From the NCBI RefSeq assembly GCF_030144855.1, contig NC_082707.1, forward strand, positions 81,716,001 to 81,780,000: DNA of 64,000 bases. The letters are read 5' to 3'. The notes beneath the pieces were generated by a model. It made no database searches. It was not told the DNA's origin and worked only from the letters and a program-made list of their open reading frames with translations. The translations under genes were made by a program, and so were the position numbers. The DNA comes from Hypanus sabinus (lineage: Eukaryota). Position 1 is the first letter of the stretch. Every line of letters starts with the position of its first letter. Positions 25,089 to 36,815 of the stretch are shown here, piece after piece.

Positions 25089-27308
25089 CCACTCTATCAA
25101 AGCCACTTACCAACTCGTACACTTCTAATAAATTGCCCTTTATGTCACATCACTCCAATGGAAAAGCTTGAGCTCACTCAACCTATGTTCATAAGATCTC
25201 TAATCCAGACAGAATCCTGACAAATTTCCTCTATGCCTTCTGTAAAGCTTGGACATATTTCCTGAATTGGGTCTCCAGAACCGAACACAATACTGGTCTA
25301 ACCAGGGTTTTGTAGAGATGCAGTATTACCTTGTGGTTCTTGAATTCAGTCCCATGACTAATGAAGGCCAACACACCCTGCACCTTCTTAACAACACCAT
25401 CAACTGGTGTGGCAAATTTGAGGGATCTATAGACTTCTTCCTCAACACTGCTAAGAGTCCACCTCTCCAGAACTCCATCTGCTACTTCTCAGCCCAGTTC
25501 TGCATCCTATCATTGTCCCATTGTAACCTATGACAACCCTTTACATGATACACAATTCCACCAACCTTTGTGTCAAGTGCTAGCTTACTAATCCATAATT
25601 CACTTTCTCAGCCAAACGATTTATAAAAATTACAAAGAGCAGGGGACCCAGAACAGATCCCTATGATTCACCACTGGTCACAAATGTCCAAACAGAATAT
25701 GCTGTACCTTCATTGAATTGCTCTCTCACTACTTTGAAAAGTTGATTCAGGCTTGTGAGGGACATAACCTGCCCTTCACAAACGATGTTGACAATTCCCA
25801 GTCAACCCATACTTCTCCAAATGCTTGTGAATTCCAACTCTATGAACCTTCTCCAATAGCCCACCACTGAAGTAAGACTCACTGGTCTGTAATTCCCAGG
25901 ATTATCCCTATTATCTTTGTTTAACAAAGGAGTTACATCTGCCATCGTCCAGTTTTCTGGTATGACTCCTATGGCCAGTGAGGATGCAAGGATCATTGCT
26001 AGTGATGCAGCAATCACTTTCCTTACTTCCCATGGTAACCTGGGTCATATCCCATCCCACTCTGAGATGTATCGATCCTAATGTTTCCAGCACACGCTCT
26101 TTTTGAAAGACTACATATTCCAGCATAACAGCCGAGCTCACACTCATCATGGTCCTAACTCATTGGTTAATACTGAAGCAAATCATTAAAGACCTCCACT
26201 AACCTCTGACTCCAGGCATGTTTCCTCTTTTTTTCCCTGATCAGTTCCACCCTCACTCTTATCATCCTCCTGTTCTTCACATACATGTAGAAAGCCTTAC
26301 TTAATCCTACTTATCAATGCCTGCTCATGTCTCCTTTTAGCTCTCCTAAGTCCCTTCTTAAGCTCCTTCCAGACCACCTACTAACCCTCAGGAGCCCTGT
26401 CTGATCTTGCTTCCTAAACCTTAAGTATGTTTCTATTTTCCTCTTGAAGAGATGCTACGCTTCCCTTGTCAACGATGCTTTCTTCAATCTAATATCCTTT
26501 CCCACCTCACTGAGACAAACCTGTGAACATTTTCATAAACATCTTCTGCATTTCTGTTGTACATTTCTGAGAACATCTGTTCCCAATTTGCACTCCCAAG
26601 TTCCTGCCTAATAGCATCAGAATTAGCACTCCCCCAGTTAAAGACCTTTCCATACCATCTGCTTCTGTTCTTGTCCAATGTTGTGCTAAATGTCAGGGAA
26701 TTGAAGTCACTCTCTGAAATTTCACCCACCAAGAGATCTGTCACCTGACCAGGTTCATTGCGTAGACCTAGATCTAATGTGTCTCTCTTCTAATCAGCTT
26801 TCCCACATACTGTGCCAGTCATCCTTTCTGGGATAGCTAACAAATTCTACCCCATCTAAACCTCTTGCACTAAGCAGGTACCAATCAATATTAGGGAAGG
26901 TAATACACAGCAACAACCCTGTTATTGTTCAACCTTTACAATCTGCCTCCTGATCTGCTCCTCCAGATCACTGTTGCTATTGGGTGGCCTATGAAACCCT
27001 CTCAAAAGTGTGATTGCTCTCTTCCTGTTCCTTGACTTCCACTCTTCTGAGTTTCTGACTCAGTAGATAATCCCTCCATGATGTCCTCTCTTTCTGCAGC
27101 TGTGACACTATCCCTGATTAGCGATGCCACTCCCCCACCTCTTTTACCACATTCCCTGTCACTTTTGAAACTCATAAACCCCAGAATATCCAGCAGCCAT
27201 TCCTGCCCTTTGACAGCCAACTCCGTGTGATAGCCAAAATATCTTATTTCTATGTACTGATCCATGCTCAAATTTTATTACCCTTGTTTCTGATATTTCT
27301 CATATTAA

Positions 27309-27728
27309 CCCTTAAATACTGTTTGGGTCAAATTTGACCTGCTTTGTCATTTGACAGCTGAAAAAACACCCTAAATGACATTTTTTTTAGCCAGAATTTG
27401 ATGTCTTTTCCTAAAGTGACCTAAAATGCACAGAAATGAAAATATTTTAAAATGTAATACTTTTGTACAGGTGCTACAAATTTTTGTACATTAAGGTTGT
27501 TCTAGGTCAAACTTGACCCATATCTATTGAAATGGATTTTAGATCTCTGAAACATTAATTAAGGATTAATCACCCATTTATTAATGTCAGATAGGCTGTT
27601 TATACATTCTAAATAGATTTGTGGTTCAAAATTTGGTATAGACACTTGTTATGAGGGGATTCTTGGGCTGGGTTAAAATTGACCCGGATCATACTGTGAA
27701 GGTATAGAATATGAACAGGTTGCCTGGG
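27309..27728. mobile_element. piggyBac-type non-autonomous element (MITE), 420 bp
   Basis: TTAA TSD (27305-27308, 27729-27732); CCC...GGG termini; three palindromic GGGTCAAATTTGACC-like motifs; removing it restores the host CR1 endonuclease start (LKYVNLNMRNIRNK on the minus strand). Confidence 0.85.
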
Positions 27729-29048
27729 TTAAGGTTGACATATTTCAACTACATTATGCCCTATCCACTGCCTATACTTTCTAACAGTCTGTCTACCCAT
27801 TGCATCTACTTTACACCAACTACTCCAGTATCTGACTATCATTCTGCTTCCTATTCCCCCTACCCACCTAGTTTAAACCTTCCCCAACTGCTCAAGCAAA
27901 CCTGCAAACAAGGATATTGGTGTTGAGTTCAGGAGTTACCCATCCCTTTTCTGCATGTTATACCTTACCCAGAAGAGATCCAAATGATCCAGGAATCTGA
28001 CACCCTGCCCCTGTACCAATTCTTCAGCCATACATTCACCTGCCACATTTTTACCCTCACGGTGTGTAGCACAGGCAGAGCTTACTGCCCTTTTAGGTCC
28101 TGCTTTTTTGCATCCTTCGTCAGTCCCTATATTTGCTCTTCAAGACCTCATTTCATTGACGTCCACCATGCCTCAGACTTACCATCTTGTTTCACCAGAG
28201 CCCTTTAGGCCCTGCCACCCCCTGATTATTAGTTGATTATTTTTACCTGCATTTTGTTTTAGTTATCAGTACACGCATGCCTTGTTTTGTATATCTATTT
28301 AAGTTCCCTCTGTTCTATTCTTCTTTGCTCAGTCGTTCTTGATTCCTAGTCTGTGCTCTTCCTACAAACCAATCCACAAGTAAAGATTCCTTGTTCAACT
28401 CCATTAGGTCTCTGTTTTGCTCTGCACTATGGTCACCTGGTTTAGCTTCTCCTGGTAGTCCACTCGTTGAAGACACAATGCTTCACAACAACAACCACTG
28501 AACAAACCCAGTCTGGTAGCCACCACTGTTGTAGATGTTAATGTGCATCATAATATTTTGCGGCTTGCCCTATCCCTTTAGAATACTGTGGAATTGATCT
28601 GAGATGTCCCCGATTCTGGCATTTTGGAGAGAACATACTATCTAGGAAATCTTACACATCCACAGAACCTCCTGTTTGTCCCTTTACCTAATGAGTCCCC
28701 TATCAACTTCACTCTCTCTTCTCCTCCCTTATCTACTGAGCCAAAGCCAGTCTCAGTGCCAGAGACTTGGTTGCTGCTACTTTCCATTAGTATGTCATCC
28801 ACCTCAAAAGTATCAAAAGCAATTTACTTGTTATTGAGGGAAATGGCCACAGGGGTACTCTGCACTACCTCTCTATTCCCTCTCTCTCTTTTCAGTCACC
28901 CAGCTACTCATCTCCTACAATTTTGGTGTAAGTGCCTCCCTGTAGCTTTCATCTATCAGCCTCTGCTATCTTTCTTCCTGCATAGTCAGTATCGAAGTAG
29001 CCAAAATATAGTTTGACAAATTTGCTAGAATATCTTTAGGCATATTAT

Positions 29049-29574
29049 TGTCTGGACACTGGAGCAGGGACCCAATCACAGACCAAGTATTGTGCACATT
29101 GATATTTATTGAGTAACAAATCCAGAAGTGCAACAAAATCAGCTTAAAGTTCAGGCAGAGATCAAAAAATCCAGAGAAATCCAAAAATTAGAATCAGGAA
29201 ACAGGCAGAGTCAATAACCAGAACAATCGAGATAAACTGGTGAAATCCAGGTCAGCAAATAGGCCAGGTCAATACTCAGAGGGACAGAGTTCAGATATGA
29301 ATGCTGGAAAGGCTCAGGAAAACTCACTGGCACAATTTCAGCAAAACACAGGACTAAAATACACTGAGAGTTAAACAGAGAGGCAGATGATAGGTGGAGC
29401 GCAATGAAATACAGGTGGCAGCAATACAGGTAATAATGAAAAACAGGTGAGGGGTGGAGTAATCAGTATTGCAGGGGCAGGGGCAGGAACAAGAGCACAT
29501 GGCAATACAAAAACACAGAATAACGGCTAGGGGAAAACACACAAAAAGACAGAATCCAACTGAAGGTACTGACA
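29049..29574 (-). mobile_element. Solo LTR (Gypsy-like), 526 bp
   Basis: TGTC...GACA termini; perfect 5-bp TSD attat (29044-29048, 29575-29579); minus-strand AATAAA at ~29105; inserted in a CR1 RT fragment. Confidence 0.85.
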
Positions 29575-29899
29575 ATTATGTTTAAATGACTAAAGGGGAA
29601 CCAGTATATGCAGTGTATTTGGATTTCCTGAAGACACTCAGTAAGACAGCTCATTAAATTACATTTTGTTTCTAGGTTTTAACTTTGTTCCTAACTAACT
29701 TTGTCCTTTGATTATATATTAATGGTGAAATAGTTTTGAAGTTTACTTCCATGAAGACTGATCCAAGAAAGCCATTTCTCTAATGTTCATTGTTAAGTCC
29801 CATTCTCATTGTGTTACTCGCTATCCTTTTATACATCTGTAGAAACTTTCACTGCCTGTTTCTATATTACCCGGAATCTTAACCATATAACCATCTTAG

Positions 29900-32800
29900 T
29901 GCAGGAAGCAGGGTTTTAGATTCTTAGACCACTGGGATCTGTTTTGGGGTAAGGATGAATTGTACAAAAGGGATGGGTTGCACCTTAACAGGTGGGGGAC
30001 CAGCATTCTGGCAGGCAGGTTTGCCACTGCTACATGGGTGTGTTTAAACTAAGTAGTGGGAGGGTGAGGAGATGAACTGGAAATATAAGGATGGGGGTAA
30101 AGGGAAAGAGAGAATAAGAAAAGTTAAGAAAGACAACAGAATTAATGGGGCAGAAAGCTCAGGAAGGGATCAGAGAGTATGGCTAAGTGCAATAGGAATC
30201 GATGTGAAAAGTGAGGGGAGTAATGAATTAAAAGTATTACATCTGAATGCATGAAGTATAAGAAATAAAGTAGATGAGTTTGAGGCTCAGTTGGAAATTG
30301 GTAAGTATGATGTTGTAGGAATAACAGAGACATAGCTGCAAGAGGGCCAGGGCTGGGAATTGAATAGTCAAGGGTATACATCCTATTGAAAGGACAGATA
30401 GGTGGGCAGAGGGGGTGGGGTGGCTCTACTGGTGAGGAATGAGATTCAGTCCCTTGTGAGGGGTGACATAGAATCAGGAGATGTAGAGTCAGTATGGATA
30501 GAACTGAGAAATTGTAAGGGCAAAAAGACCCTAATGGGAGTTATCTACAGGCCCCCAAACAGTAGCCTGGATATAGGGTGCAAGTTGAATCAAGAGTTAA
30601 AACTGGCATGTTGCAAAGTAATGCTACGGTTGTTATGGGGGATTTCAAGCATGTAGACTGGGAAAATCAAGTTGGTACTGGACCCCAAGAAAGGGAGTTT
30701 GTGGAGTGCCTCCGAGATGGATTCTTAGAGCAGCTTGTACTGGAGCCTATCAGGGAGAAGGCAATTCTGGATGTAGTGTTGTGTACTTAACCAGATTTGA
30801 TAAGGGAACTCCAGGTAAAGGAGACATCAGGTGGTAGTGACCATAATGTGATGTTTAATCCACAATTTGAGAGGGAGAAGGGAAAATCGCAAGTGTCAGT
30901 ATTACAGTTGAACAAAGGGGACTATGGAGCCATGAGGGAGGAGCTGGCCAAAGTTGACTGGAAGGATACCCTAGCAGGGATGACAGTGGAACAACAATGG
31001 CAGGTATTTCTGGGAATAATACAGAAAGTGCAGGATCAGTTCATTCCAAAGAGGAAGAAAGATTCTAAGGGGAGTAAGGGGCGACCGTGAATGACAGGGG
31101 AAGTCAAGGACAGTATAAAAATAAAAGAGAAGTATAACACAGCAAAGATGAGCGGGAAGCCAGAGGATTAGGAAACTTTTAAAGAGCAACAGAAGATAAC
31201 TAAAAAGGCATTACAGGGAGAAAAGATTAGGTACGAAGGTAAGTTAGCCAAGAATATAAAGGAAGATAGTAAAAGCTTCTTTAGGTATGTAAAGAGGAAA
31301 AAATTAGTTAAGACCAAAGTTGGGCCCTTGAAGACAGAAACGGGTGAATTTATTACAGGGGACAAGGAAATGGCAGACAAGTTGAACAGGTACTCTGGAT
31401 TTGACTTCACTAGGGAAGACACAAACAAACTCCCAGATGTAATAGTGGCCAGAGGACCTAGGGTAATGGAGGAACTGAAGAAAATTCACATTAGGCAGAA
31501 AATGGTGTTGGGTAGACTGATGAGACTGAGGGCTAATAAATCCCCAGGGCCTGATGGTCTGCACCCCAGGGTACTTTAGAAATTGGCTCTAGAAATCATG
31601 GAAGCATTGGTAATCATTTTCCGATGTTCTATAGATTGAGGATCAGTTCCTGTGGATTAGGAAGTAACTAATGTTATCCCACTCTTTTAGGAAGGAGGGA
31701 GAGAGAGAACAGGGAAATATAGGCCAGTTAGCCTGACATTAGTGATGGTAAAGATGCTGGAGTCAATTATAAAAGATGAAATAGTGGCACATTTGGATAG
31801 CAGTAACAGGATCAGTCCAATTCAGCATGGATTTACGAAGGGGAAATCATGCTTGACTAATCTTCTGGAATTTTTTGAGGATGTAACTATGAAAATGGAC
31901 AAGGAAGAGCAAGTGTATATAGTGTACCTGTACTTTCAGAAAGTTTTTGATAAGGTCCCGCATAGGAGATTAGTGGGCAAAATTAGAGCATATGGTATTG
32001 GTGGTAGGGTACTGGCATGGATAGAAAATTGGTTGGCAGACAGGAAACAAAGAGTAGGGATTAACAGTTCCCTTTCAGAATGGCAAGCAGAGACCAGTGG
32101 GGTACCACAAGGCTTGGTGCTTGGACCACAGCTATTTACAATATACATTAATGATTTGGATGAAGGGATTAAAAGTAACATTAGCAAATTTTCAGATGAC
32201 ACAAAGCTGGATGGCAGTGTGATATGTGAGGTTATGAGAATGCAGGGTGACTTGGACAGGTTGGGTGAGTGGACAGATGCATGGCAGATGCAGTTTAATG
32301 TGGATAAATGTGAGGTTATTCACTTTGGTGGCAAGAACAGGAAGGCAGATTACTATCTGAATGGTGTCAAGTTAGGAAAATGAGAAGTACAACGAGATCT
32401 AGGTGTCCTTGTTCATCAGTCACTGAAAGTAGGCATGCAGGTACAGCAGGCAGTGAAGAAAGCTAATGGCATGTTGGCCTTCATAACAAGGGCAGTTGAG
32501 TATAGGAGCAAGGAGGTCTTTCTGCAGTTGTACAGGGCCCTGGTAAGACCATACCTGGAGTATTGTGTGCAGTTTTGGTCTCTAAATTTGAGGAAAGACA
32601 TTCTTGCTATTGAGGGAGTGCAACGTAGGTTCATAAGGTTAATTCCCAGGACGACGGGACTGTCATATGTTGAAAGATTGGAGTGACTGGGCTTGTATAC
32701 ACTGGAATTTAGAAAGATGGGAGGGGATCTGATTGAAACATATAAGATTATTAAGGGATTGGACATGCTAGAGGCAGGAAACATGTTCCCTATGTTGGGG

Positions 32801-33114
32801 GAGTCCAGAACCAGAGGTCACAGTTTAAGAATAAGGGGTAGACCATTTAGAACGGAGTTGAGGAAAAACTTTTTCACCCAGAGAGTTGTGGATCTGTGGA
32901 ATGCTCTGCCTCAAAAGGCAGTGGAAGCCAATTCTTTGGATGCTTTCAAGAAAGAGTTAGATAGAGCTCTTAAAGTTAGTGGATTCAAGGGATAGGGGGA
33001 GAAGGCAGGAACGATGTACTGATTGTGGATGATCAGCCATGATCACACTGAATGGCGGTGCTGGCTCAAAGGGCTGAATGGCCTACTCCTACTCCTATTG
33101 TCTATTGTCTATTG
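29900..33114 (+). mobile_element. CR1/HER1-type LINE: ORF1 C-terminus (SGNH esterase-like) + whole ORF2 region with many stops
   Basis: QGFRFLDHWDLFWGKDELYKRDGLHLNRWG; LKVLHLNA; IYRPPN; GPDGLHPRVL; GVPQGLVLGP; FSDD; (CTATTGT)n tail; possible TSD tcttag (29894-29899, 33115-33120). Confidence 0.95.
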
Positions 33115-33304
33115 TCTTAGGGTCATTATCTATTCTCTCCATTGCTATACATTTTTGTATTTCTTATTAAAATTCTGGAAACAGAATTTTTTCCAGAATA
33201 AAAATCAGTCAGCTAGTATCATAGCAACAAACTTTGTGCTGAACTTAGGCATCCCAAGAAATAGACTTTAGAACTTGGAAATCAGGTGAGACCTACCAGT
33301 CATC

Positions 33305-33875
33305 AGTGAAGGGTGTGGAGAAGGAGCTGTGGTTCCTGGGTGTCAGTACGTTCGGGGATCTCTCTTGGATCCTGCACATAGATGCAACCATGAAGAAGGC
33401 ACACCAGTGTCTCTACTTCTTTAGTTTAACAAGATTTGGCATATCATCAGAGACTGACAAAATTCTAGAAAAAATGGTAGAAAATATTCTAAGGAAAAGA
33501 ATACGGTCGAGGTTTCAGCCTGAAACTTCGACTGTATTCTTTTCCACAGATGCTGCCTGGCCTGAACAGTTCTGCCAGAACATACAGAACATATCTACAG
33601 TACATATGGTTCTGCCCATTTAATTAATCTGTAGATATGTACTGTAGAGTGTGTTGCTTGAATTTCCAGCATCTTCAGATTTTCTCTTGTTGTTGATTAG
33701 AAAACATTCTGACTGGTTGCATTATGTCCTGGTATGGAAAGTCCAATGCACAGGAATGCGAGAAGTGTCAGAGAGTGGTGTACTGAGCTCCATCAAGGGC
33801 ACAGCTCCCTGTTCTATCGAGGACATGTGCAAGAGGCGATGCCTGAGGGAGATGACATCTATCTTTAAAGACTGC
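33305..33875 (+). mobile_element. Rex1/Babar-like fragment interrupted at 33491-33697
   Basis: FLGVSTFGDLSW..HIDATMKKAHQCLYF; resumes at ttctgactggttgcatt. Confidence 0.7.
33491..33697. mobile_element. Fold-back Penelope terminal-module insertion
   Basis: 13-bp TSD tagaaaa(t/c)attct (33478-33490, 33698-33710); internal palindrome with 26-bp arms at 33493-33545. Confidence 0.85.
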
Positions 33876-33919
33876 TGCAATCTGCTACCCCAATTTCTCT
33901 GTATAATCCAAATAGATAC

Positions 33920-34270
33920 ACCTCCTGTGCTCCTTGATAAACGTTGCATTTGCAATGGCCACAAGATTAACCTTGAAGCCACAAAAGCCAGTGGCTGTTG
34001 GAACTGCCAGGTGAAGGAAGACTTCAAAACAAAATTATAGAAAAAGTATTTTAACCAAGACAAAAGTCTCACTCTAAGCAAGAACTGGAATTTGAAGGTG
34101 GGACAGTGGAAATCTGAATTGTTGAGGACTGAGCAAGGAGGGACAGACAATGGGGTATAAATACCACTGGACTAGACATGCCTGGGAACCATCCCTGATG
34201 AAGATGGCAGAGTTTGTCATCGAAACGTCAGTTAAAATCGACATCTGTACCCAGCTGAAAGCCTTCGTCA
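33920..34270 (+). mobile_element. Second Penelope-like family: GIY-YIG C-terminus + pseudo-LTR
   Basis: CICNGHKINLEATK..GCWNCQVKE..K.FNQDKSLTLSKNWN; TATA box ggggtataaata at ~34152; hammerhead core downstream. Confidence 0.75.
34187..34233 (+). ncRNA. Minimal type I hammerhead ribozyme motif (core intact, stem I weakened)
   Basis: CTGATGA (34195-34201), A, 8-bp stem II GATGGCAG/TTGTCATC, GAAAC, GTC cleavage triplet (34227-34229). Confidence 0.7.
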
Positions 34271-34534
34271 TAGCACTAGATCCTTTTTCCTGATACTATA
34301 TTTCAGACTCTATTTCTTCTATATCTCTCTCAATTTTTACTAATATTATTATATTTTTGTTGTGTAAACTTCATGTGTTTTTTAACTTACATTTATCATG
34401 TTTGTAATGTAGAGTTTTTTTTTGTGTGCCATACTCTGCCAAGCCTCAGCAACCACTTTTTTGTTTTCAAGTGGTTGTCTTGGGGGAAAGATTCTGTGAG
34501 TGGTCCCCCATGTCTTTCTTATAGTGCAGTGTTT

Positions 34535-34675
34535 ATTTTTATGAGGCTGAGCTGCGAGCTCAACGCTCAACCCAGCATGGATGGAAAGTGTGTCTGGGAG
34601 TGGCCCAACTGGATTCGAACTCGGCAACCTTCGCTCCGGAGTCCGGCACTGATGTCATTGCGCCACCAGCCAGGT
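34535..34675 (-). mobile_element. Short tRNA-derived SINE (tRNA-Arg-like head)
   Basis: Minus strand: A box TGGCGCAATG, B box GTTCGAATCC, A-rich end; TSD tg(c/t)agtgttt at 34525-34534 and 34676-34685. Confidence 0.8.
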
Positions 34676-36005
34676 TGTAGTGTTTTGCTGGTGCAAAAAG
34701 TTAACTTTGATGACATTTATATGCTGAATGTGAATGCCTGTGGCAATAAACTAAACTTGAATTCTAATCCTCCTCAAGAAGATCACAGCTGACAAATATC
34801 CCTGACACTAAAGAATACTCATCTTGTCCCCATCTAAAGGTGCTAAGGGTAATTATTGAAGGTTATTAAACAGTTTCCATATTTTTCAAAGACTTGTCAA
34901 GCGTTCATTAAATAGACTTGTTGAACTCTCTGAGGGAGCTATTGATGAGATTTTAATGATTCTATCCAGAGTTTCAGACAAGTTTCAATTTCCATTGAAG
35001 TGACTATACAACTATTCATGCTTTATCTTCATTAATAATCTGTGAAGTGTTTAAAGTTGAGCAGTGTCACAGTTCATTCTCTGCAAGGGATATTGGATCA
35101 GAGTTGAAGCTTTCTGCAAGTTTGGGCCCTTGTGAATTTTTTTCTGAACCATCTTGTGCTGCAAACTATATCTTGTTAAGCTCTTGCATTGAAAATATTC
35201 CTCCGTTCTTCTGGTATCAAATCCAAGGTATAAAATCAAGCTATATATGTATAATGCACTGATGCCTGGGAATTCATGCCAATTCAGAAAGGCAGAACAT
35301 GCTATATAATTACATAAGTGCATTGTTTTTAGCTTCTGAAATTTATTCCATTGTAAAGAACAAAACACAATATTTAGACCAATATCCTGACTAAGAACAA
35401 ATTTTGAGGCAAAAGGTGGAAATTGAGACTATAGATGAGGGATGTTTAAAATATAGGAGAAATTTTTGCAAGTACTCAGCAGGTTAGACAGCATACAAGA
35501 GAAATAAGCAGGTAACAAAGTGATGGGTAGACTGCTTTACCAAACCCTTGCACTCCGTCCACCAAGAATGTGAGGTTTCTATGTAGCCACCCATTTCAAT
35601 TCCACTTCCCATTTTCATTCTAACATGTCAGTCCTTGCCTCCACTAGTACAGCTATGAGGCCACATTCGGGTCAAAAACCAAACTGCATACTCCGACTCT
35701 GTTTTAACCCCCTAATTCAGTCCCTTCCTACCTACATCCATAACACTTCACACATTCCTGACCTTTTCAATGATTTCAAGGTTCCTGGCCCCGATCGTCT
35801 CATTTTCTTGGTGGATGTCCAGTCCCTGTACACCTCCATCCCCCATCAAGAGGGTCTTAAAGCTCTCAGCTTCTTTCTAGAGAACAGATTCGACCTTTTC
35901 CTCTTCACCACCACTCTCCTCTGTCTGCCGGAATTGCTCTCACTCTCAGTAATTTGTCCTTTGGCTCCTCCCAGTTTCTCCAAACCAAAGGTGTAGTCAC
36001 AGGTA

Positions 36006-36100
36006 ACACACACAAAATGCTGGTGGAATGCAGCAGGCCAGGCAGCATCTATAGGAAGGAGCATTGTCGATGTTCCATGCCGCGATGTTTCCTCGTGTTT
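36006..36100. mobile_element. 95-bp fold-back Penelope terminal-module insertion
   Basis: Perfect 15-bp TSD gtgtagtcacaggta (35991-36005, 36101-36115); minus-strand tail on the left, plus-strand terminus tttcctcgtgttt on the right. Confidence 0.9.
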
Positions 36101-36515
36101 GTGTAGTCACAGGTACTCGCTTGGGTCCCAGCTATGCTATTGCTCCCTAACTCTTCCTATGCTACATTGAGGACTGCATGCATGTTACTTTTCGCACCCA
36201 AGCTGAGCTCATAGACTTCATCGACTTTGCTTCCAACTTCCACTCTGCCCTCAAATTTACCTGGTCCATTTCCAACAGCTCCTTCCCTTTCCTCGATGTC
36301 TCTGTGTCCATCTCTGGAGACAGTCTATCTACTGTTATCTTTTGTAAACCCAAGGGTTCTCACAGCTACCTGTACTATACCTCTTCCCACCCTGTCACTT
36401 GTAAAATGCCAGATTCTTCTCTCATCCAGTTCCTCCGTCTCTACTGCATCAACTCTCAGGATGAGACTTTTCATTCCAGAACTAATAAGGTGTCCTCCTT
36501 CTTCAAAGAGAGGGT

Positions 36516-36815
36516 CATAAGAACATGAGAAATAGGAGCAGGAGTCGGCCAGCCAACCCATTGAACCTGCCCCGCAATTCAATAAGACCATGGCTGATCT
36601 GTCTGTAAACTCAGCTCCATCTACCTGCCTTTTCCCCATAACCCTTAATTCCCTTACTATGTAAAAACCTATCTAACTGTTTCTTAAATATATTTAGTGA
36701 AGAAGCCTCAACTGCTTCCCTGGGCAGAGAATTCTACAGACTCGCCACTCTCTGGGAAAAACAGTTTCTCCTCATCCCCGTCCTAAATCTTCTCCCCTGA
36801 ATCTTGAGGCAATGT
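36516..36815 (-). mobile_element. CR1 3' fragment
   Basis: cataagaacatgagaaataggagcaggagtcggcc...catggctgatct tail type. Confidence 0.8.

Larger units (their letters stand above)
22755..28970 (-). mobile_element. Near-full-length degenerate CR1 LINE (ORF1 esterase remnant + ORF2) with multiple nested insertions
   Basis: Tail at 22755; ORF 25802-26017 (NPGNYRPVSLTSVVG); endonuclease 27002-27271 (RGGGVASLIRD); ORF1 remnant GQGVRFLDHLDLFW near 27965-28010. Confidence 0.85.

Noticed and set aside
34600-34675. Genuine tRNA-Arg gene
   Set aside because: Acceptor and D stems do not close, and it has an unrelated body, an A tail and a TSD, so it is a SINE.
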